From: Candidatus Sumerlaeaceae bacterium
Lineage (GTDB): Bacteria > Sumerlaeota > Sumerlaeia > Sumerlaeales > Sumerlaeaceae
Assembly: GCA_051003195.1 (NCBI GenBank)
Contig: JBPCLP010000021.1
Coordinates: 128,001 to 192,000 of the forward strand
Direction: 5' to 3'
Length of the DNA stretch: 64,000 nt
Shown: positions 58,888-64,000 of the stretch, one piece after another
Layout: the number at the start of each line of letters is the position of its first letter
Numbering within the stretch: position 1 is the first letter of the stretch
The notes under the pieces: model-generated
Databases searched by the model: none
The model's input: only the letters and a program-made list of their open reading frames with translations
Told to the model about the DNA's origin: nothing
Program-made: the position numbers and the translations under genes

Positions 58888-59280
58888 CTGCAATGAAGAC
58901 CTTCGATTTCTATAGCTTGGTGGCATGCCGGACATGGATAAAGGCTAAGTTCAACAAAACTCGCATAAGAAAAGATTTAATCACACATTGTTCCGAATTC
59001 ACATCGCCTCTGCATAAATTGTGGAAAAGCTTCGGTCTCCTTGTGAATACACGGTTCGCCACCAGCCCAAAGGTGAAACGAGCAATTATGCGGCTAAAAC
59101 GTTGATTATTAATGACTTATATTGCCCGCCGGGTTACGCCTTTCTTGATAACCATAATCGAGCTGCGATGGGGCCCCCCGTTCGGAGTACAGGCTTTAGC
59201 CTGGGCTGACACAAGCTCTTCGAAGATCACGGTGCATTTCGAGACTTGAGTAGTAATTCCATTCCTGCCGCACTCCGCCT

Positions 59281-59772
59281 GTGACAGCACCTCGTAAAGC
59301 GCAGCCCGGGCGAATGCGGAAGTCGGCGGCTTTTGCGTTTGCCGGCATCGCATTATGTGCTCTTGTTGTAAGCGCATACTACGGACGTCAGCGTTATCTA
59401 CGCGAGCACCCACCTCCCCTGCCGAACGTAATTGCCCCCATACCGCCCGACCAGCTGAAAGCAATTCGAGTAGGTTTTCCCATTTTTCGCAAAACGGTGC
59501 TGCTTACGTCCTCTGAGCAGGATCACAAACTGGACCAGCTCTGGAAAAATCCGCCCCGATCCCTTGCAGAGGTAATCGAGTACGAACAGCGGACCAATGA
59601 CATTCTCACGACGCAGCAGTTAACGCTTTACCGGCCGGTTCGCACTGCCTTTCAGAACCGGGTTATTGACCAGATGCTGGCCCCGGCGGGTCAGCGCCTG
59701 AGCAGCGGCGATTTCGACAAGCTAAAGAACGAAGTTAAAGACCGTGTGCAAAAGCGAATCGACGGAAACTAA
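59281..59772 (+). CDS. Hypothetical membrane-anchored protein
   Basis: N-terminal TM followed by a helical domain. Confidence 0.6.
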   Translation: MTAPRKAQPGRMRKSAAFAFAGIALCALVVSAYYGRQRYLREHPPPLPNVIAPIPPDQLKAIRVGFPIFRKTVLLTSSEQDHKLDQLWKNPPRSLAEVIEYEQRTNDILTTQQLTLYRPVRTAFQNRVIDQMLAPAGQRLSSGDFDKLKNEVKDRVQKRIDGN

Positions 59773-59802
59773 CTTACACAGCAGCACCAACAATAAACCA
59801 AA

Positions 59803-59829
59803 GGTCCGGCCAATAAGCTCGGCCGGACC
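59803..59829. terminator. GC hairpin between convergent genes
   Basis: GGTCCGGCC / GGCCGGACC 9-bp stem. Confidence 0.5.
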
Positions 59830-59835
59830 CGAGCT

Positions 59836-60300
59836 CTAGCGGTTGCCGCCTGTTGGACTTTGCGACGGGCTCATCTCAATCACCGGCTTGGTTGCATCTG
59901 CGGGAGGCTCAGGCCGGCTCGTGTTTGTTGCAGTGGCGCCAAGCGTCGCGTTTGCGGTCCCCTGCGTCGCTGGGGCGAGGTTAATTCCTTTGATCCCCGT
60001 AACCAGTTCGCGGATTGCCGCAGCGATGTCGCGGTTTGCCTCAGCAACATTATTGGTCGCGGCAGCGACGGCAGTGTCCTGCGTCTGCGCCACGTTGCTG
60101 ACGTCGACAGGTGCATTTCGGCCTGGGCGAGAAAAGCGTGCGCCCTGGCTGGCCTGGCTCGGGCTATCGCCCGTTGTCTGGGCTATTGCAGCGCTACTCA
60201 CCTGCACTCGATAGAAGTTTAATGTGATCAGCAACAGCAGCACAGCGATAGCTGTGAGAATGAAATTCGTATACATCCGTGTGTCGAGGCTCAGTTTCAA
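59836..60300 (-). CDS. Hypothetical membrane-anchored protein
   Basis: AGGAG RBS with TTG start, YTNFILTAIAVLL TM segment; downstream of rex. Confidence 0.7.
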   Translation of the reverse strand: MKLSLDTRMYTNFILTAIAVLLLLITLNFYRVQVSSAAIAQTTGDSPSQASQGARFSRPGRNAPVDVSNVAQTQDTAVAAATNNVAEANRDIAAAIRELVTGIKGINLAPATQGTANATLGATATNTSRPEPPADATKPVIEMSPSQSPTGGNR

Positions 60301-60336
60301 AAGCGTCTCCTTTTACTGCGTATTCGTTCCAGTTAA

Positions 60337-61041
60337 TTAGCGCAGGTAATAGGACAGGCTTTCCATTTCAATGGCTAAGTCGACATAATGTACTTTCACC
60401 TGCGGAGGCACATTGAGCCGCTTTGGAACGAAGTTCAGAATGCCGGTGACACCAGCCTCTACCAGCCGGTCAGCCATTGTCTGGCACGCCTCGGTGGGCA
60501 CTGCAAGCACCGCTATATCTATGGGTGTTTCGGCAAGGCGGCTTTCGAGGTCGTCGATGTGATGAAGTTCGATATTGCCGCGCATGCTGCCGACTTTTCG
60601 CCGATCCGCATCAAAAGCCATCAGGATTTTGAACCCCTGCCGCGAAAATCCTGCGTAGGACACCAGGGCTGTTCCGAGATTACCTACGCCAATCAGCGCT
60701 ACACGCACTTCGCGGTCCGTGCGAAGAATGCGTTTCAGATTAACGCGTAAATCGCTGACGTAATATCCAAAGCCGGGCACGCCGAACTGCCCAAAATATG
60801 CCAGATCCTTTCGAACCTGCGCACTGTTAAGCCCGAGGTATTCTGCCAATTCCTGGCTGGAAACCTTCTCGACGTTCCCCATTTCAAGATCGGTTAGCAC
60901 GCGTGAATACAGTGAGAGCCGCTTCACCACCGCGGGTGGTATCCGTGCCATCTGCTCGAGTTTATCCGGGCTGCGCAGCGGTTCATGCGGAACAGCCGGC
61001 CCACTCCCCCCGGTGGGCTTGGCATCGGACGTGCGGCTCAC
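60337..61041 (-). CDS. rex: Redox-sensing transcriptional repressor
   Basis: RLSLY, SAQVRKDLAYFGQFG..GFGY, IGVGNLGTAL, ILNF. Confidence 0.96.
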   Translation of the reverse strand: MSRTSDAKPTGGSGPAVPHEPLRSPDKLEQMARIPPAVVKRLSLYSRVLTDLEMGNVEKVSSQELAEYLGLNSAQVRKDLAYFGQFGVPGFGYYVSDLRVNLKRILRTDREVRVALIGVGNLGTALVSYAGFSRQGFKILMAFDADRRKVGSMRGNIELHHIDDLESRLAETPIDIAVLAVPTEACQTMADRLVEAGVTGILNFVPKRLNVPPQVKVHYVDLAIEMESLSYYLR

Positions 61042-61219
61042 TGGCCGATCCTGTCGATGCCTGAAACTGTTCGCCAGGGAAGTCCCATGGCAGTCCGCCG
61101 CTCGCCCAAGCTCACTTGTCCCTCATTCATTCGAGTAACGCCAGCACCGAGCTGATTCCAATCCAACTACGCTTTTGCATTGCCATTGATTCCAAAGTCG
61201 ACAGTTCACTTGCCCGGCA

Positions 61220-63643
61220 ATGGCAATCGAAGGTCTTGGCTTGGAATCGTACACCCAAACTCCGCCCGTGCAACAACCAAACGACATCCAGCCCGTTCCG
61301 GCGATGCCGGGCACCTGGAGTTTCAGGCGACTTATTCTTGATACACCTGTCGCGCTCCTGGTTGCGATCGTCGCCTACGTGGCGTGTACACGTGTAGTCG
61401 GTCTTTCGCACAAAGTGATGCACCACGACGAGAGCCTCTTTGCGTACTATGGCTATTGGCTGCACCAGGGAAATGGTTACGACTATCAGCCGATTCTACA
61501 CGGGCCTGTGCTGCAGTTCCTGAGCGCATTCTTTTTCCTGCTCTTCGGCGACGATCAGTTTACCATGCGGCTTCCGTGCCTGCTCGGAGGGCTGGCGATG
61601 TTTCCGGTCGTGTGGTACTGGAGGCGGTATCTTGGGCAGGCCGGCACTCTTGCAGCATTGGCGCTCCTGGCGCTCTCTCCGAGTATCACGTACTATACCC
61701 GATTCCTTCGCAATGATGTTCCCTATTTAACCATGTGCATCGGTTGCGCATTGTGCATTCTGCGAGCGCTGCAAACCGGGGCGCCACGCTACATCTGCGC
61801 GAGTATTGTAACGGCGACCACCGCTTTCTGCATGATGGAGAGCTCGATCTTTTTCTTCTCTGCGTGCATTGGATTCTTCGGCGTTATTGTCATCGCCGAC
61901 TGGCTTCGCGGAAAACCCAGGCAACCTGAGCCCGCTGCAACGGACCCCCGTATGGTTCGAAATCGAACCTCTGGTTGGGACCTGCTGGCGTGCTGTGCAG
62001 CCGGGCTGCTGATCACGCTCATCTGTGGCTGGCTCTTTCATCGGGTGCTATATTCATCCATCCACATCTACGAGCCGCTGGTTGCCATCGCCCGTAAAGC
62101 GCACCTGGGTTTATCGCCACGCCAGGCGAACGTCAGCATTGCAGGCCTATTCTTTATCGCCGCGACGGCCTTTAGCCTGGTTACACTGGTTAACTTTCGA
62201 GAGCCCCGCGGACGCCAGGGCATTTATCATGGCGTCCTGATGATTCTGTGGCAAAACCGCTGGACGGTTCTGGCCTCCTTTGCAATCGGCGTCGTCCTGT
62301 ACCAGGCGCTCTTCACGACGTTTTTTACGTTTACTGAAACGCGAAGCTTCGATCACTCCACGCGAGACTTCACAGGTCCTGTGCGCGCCCTCACGCCGGT
62401 TCAGATTTACCAGAACACCTGGGACTACTGGTGGGATCAACATAAGCTGCACCGCATCAAGGGGCCGTTTCATTACTACCTGCCGATCTTATTGATCTAT
62501 GAATTACCGATGCTGGCACTCGTGATGTGGGGCTGGTGGCGCGCGGTAATGTCGCGCCCGGAACGCTGGCTGCATGTTTATATTTTTGCCGCCATTCAAT
62601 TGGCTGCCACGTTCTGCTACCTGCTCTTTATGCGATGGATATCGGGAACCGATCCACAGCAGGCGAGTAAGGACTTCTGGAAGCAGATGGATGAGAAATT
62701 CCATCTGTCGCACGGGTTTCACCTGACACTCATTCTGCTCTACGTACAGATTTTACTTCACCTCGTGCCGCTGCTTTTCGCGATCGGCAGACGTGTGGAA
62801 GCCTTTTTAAGCTTTTGGATGATCACGAGTCTTTTTGCTTATTCGTATGCGGGCGAAAAGGTGCCATGGCTCACCGTGCACATTGCAGGACCCACGTGCC
62901 TGCTCGCGGGCATTCAGGTAGGCCGCATCTGGCACTCTCGGGTGCAAATGCGCAGTGCCAGGCGAAGTTTGCTCGCCGTTGCAGCATGTCTGGTTGTGCT
63001 TTACCAGGCGCGCACTCAGCACTACCTGAACTTTGTGCATCCGCACAGTCCGGCAGAGCGGCTGGTCTACAACCATACATCGCCGGATGTGCAGGAGGCG
63101 CTCGATGTGGTGGAGCGTATGGGACGCGAAACGCAATTTGGCAGGCAGCTGCCCATTTTCATGCAGGGAGAGATGGCCTGGCCGTTGCACTGGTACCTGC
63201 GAAACTACCCGAACATGATTGCCCCGGCCAGCGAATCGCTCGACACAACGACACGCCCGCTGGTCATGGTGGACTGGACAAACGCCAATAACGACAATCT
63301 CACCCAGAATTACTGGGTGCGACGGATGAAAGTTCGGGAGTGGTGGGAGCCTCCACTGCTGGAGGTCAGCGCGTTACTGGACATCTACCGGGTGTTTACG
63401 CCTCACGAGAGCCGCGAAGCGGGGCTGAACCTGATGCAGCACCAGCGTGCGCTGCTGGAATGGCGCAAGCTGTGGCACTATGTGGCCTACCGCGAAATAT
63501 GGATCGATCCGATGAATCCGGACTGGTCAAATGGCGCGAATGAATTTGCGATGGGTATACGCAAAGATCTCAACGAAACCTACCTGCACTACGACTGGCT
63601 TTCCTCGATACCGAAGCGCAGAGATATACCCATTTATCCCTGA
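61220..63643 (+). CDS. GT-C fold membrane protein (TIGR03663/Agl23-like)
   Basis: HHDESL...YQPILHGP, YYTRFLRND, GPFHYYL, YSYAGEKVPWL, WPLHWYLR. Confidence 0.75.
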   Translation: MAIEGLGLESYTQTPPVQQPNDIQPVPAMPGTWSFRRLILDTPVALLVAIVAYVACTRVVGLSHKVMHHDESLFAYYGYWLHQGNGYDYQPILHGPVLQFLSAFFFLLFGDDQFTMRLPCLLGGLAMFPVVWYWRRYLGQAGTLAALALLALSPSITYYTRFLRNDVPYLTMCIGCALCILRALQTGAPRYICASIVTATTAFCMMESSIFFFSACIGFFGVIVIADWLRGKPRQPEPAATDPRMVRNRTSGWDLLACCAAGLLITLICGWLFHRVLYSSIHIYEPLVAIARKAHLGLSPRQANVSIAGLFFIAATAFSLVTLVNFREPRGRQGIYHGVLMILWQNRWTVLASFAIGVVLYQALFTTFFTFTETRSFDHSTRDFTGPVRALTPVQIYQNTWDYWWDQHKLHRIKGPFHYYLPILLIYELPMLALVMWGWWRAVMSRPERWLHVYIFAAIQLAATFCYLLFMRWISGTDPQQASKDFWKQMDEKFHLSHGFHLTLILLYVQILLHLVPLLFAIGRRVEAFLSFWMITSLFAYSYAGEKVPWLTVHIAGPTCLLAGIQVGRIWHSRVQMRSARRSLLAVAACLVVLYQARTQHYLNFVHPHSPAERLVYNHTSPDVQEALDVVERMGRETQFGRQLPIFMQGEMAWPLHWYLRNYPNMIAPASESLDTTTRPLVMVDWTNANNDNLTQNYWVRRMKVREWWEPPLLEVSALLDIYRVFTPHESREAGLNLMQHQRALLEWRKLWHYVAYREIWIDPMNPDWSNGANEFAMGIRKDLNETYLHYDWLSSIPKRRDIPIYP

Positions 63644-63817
63644 CGGCGTACGACTCTGTGGCTCAGACGAATTGTCCCGCATCTTGCTCGTATATGTGGC
63701 CACGGGGGATTATGGATGGTTTTATTAGCCCGCCAAAGTTGTTTCCTTAAACCGCGCAGAACACTAGAACCGTTTAACTTGACCTCAAGTTTTTGCCGCA
63801 GAATCATCGTCGCGCCC

Positions 63818-64000
63818 ATGATCAAAAACCGTTCTGCGTTCACTCTGATCGAACTGCTGATCGTGGTCGCAATTATCGCAATTCTCGCGGCTATCGCGGT
63901 GCCGAACTTCCTGGAAGCCCAGGTTCGCGCCAAGGTAGCCCGCGTGAAGGCTGACATGCGCACAATTGCGACCGGTGTGGAGAGCTATTCTGTGGATTAC
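63818..64000 (+). CDS. Type IV prepilin-like protein, copy P4 (partial)
   Basis: MIKNRSA|FTLIELLIVVAIIAILAAIAVPNFLEAQVRAKVARVKADMRTIATGVESYSVDY; truncated by the window. Confidence 0.9.
   Translation, partial: MIKNRSAFTLIELLIVVAIIAILAAIAVPNFLEAQVRAKVARVKADMRTIATGVESYSVDY

Noticed and set aside
58958..58985. dif (XerCD) site
   Set aside because: AACTCGCATAA resembles an XerC arm, but no TTATGTTAAAT-like XerD arm follows.

Overview
This is 64 kb of a GC-rich bacterial chromosome. Four prepilin-like genes beginning FTLIELLIVVAIIAILAAIAVPNFLEAQVR suggest Candidatus Sumerlaeota (BRC1); that assignment is an inference from family recognition. Most genes are housekeeping or envelope genes: a MacAB-like ABC exporter, gluQ, folC, hisG, bioB, bioF, a metB-like gene, truA, clpS, cspA, an RND pump with MarR, ccsA, ligD and rex. 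There is also a solute-symporter catabolic operon and a stand-alone IS200/RAYT-type HUH transposase beside palindromic repeats. The most striking unexplained structure is a dispersed family of ~96-bp palindromic MITE-like elements, with at least 11 full or partial units at 8 loci. They are bounded by CTAG-like tetramers, fall into three subtypes with covarying hairpin arms, often start exactly on a stop codon, form A/B doublets, and are open in frame with clpS, bioB, ligD and a response regulator. A second candidate system links the hypervariable pilin-like proteins, which carry a conserved NG[T/S] motif, to two GT-C-like membrane proteins, one with STT3/AglB-like motif order. No rRNA, tRNA or CRISPR array was recognised. 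All calls come from reading the sequence and ORF track by eye, with no database searches.
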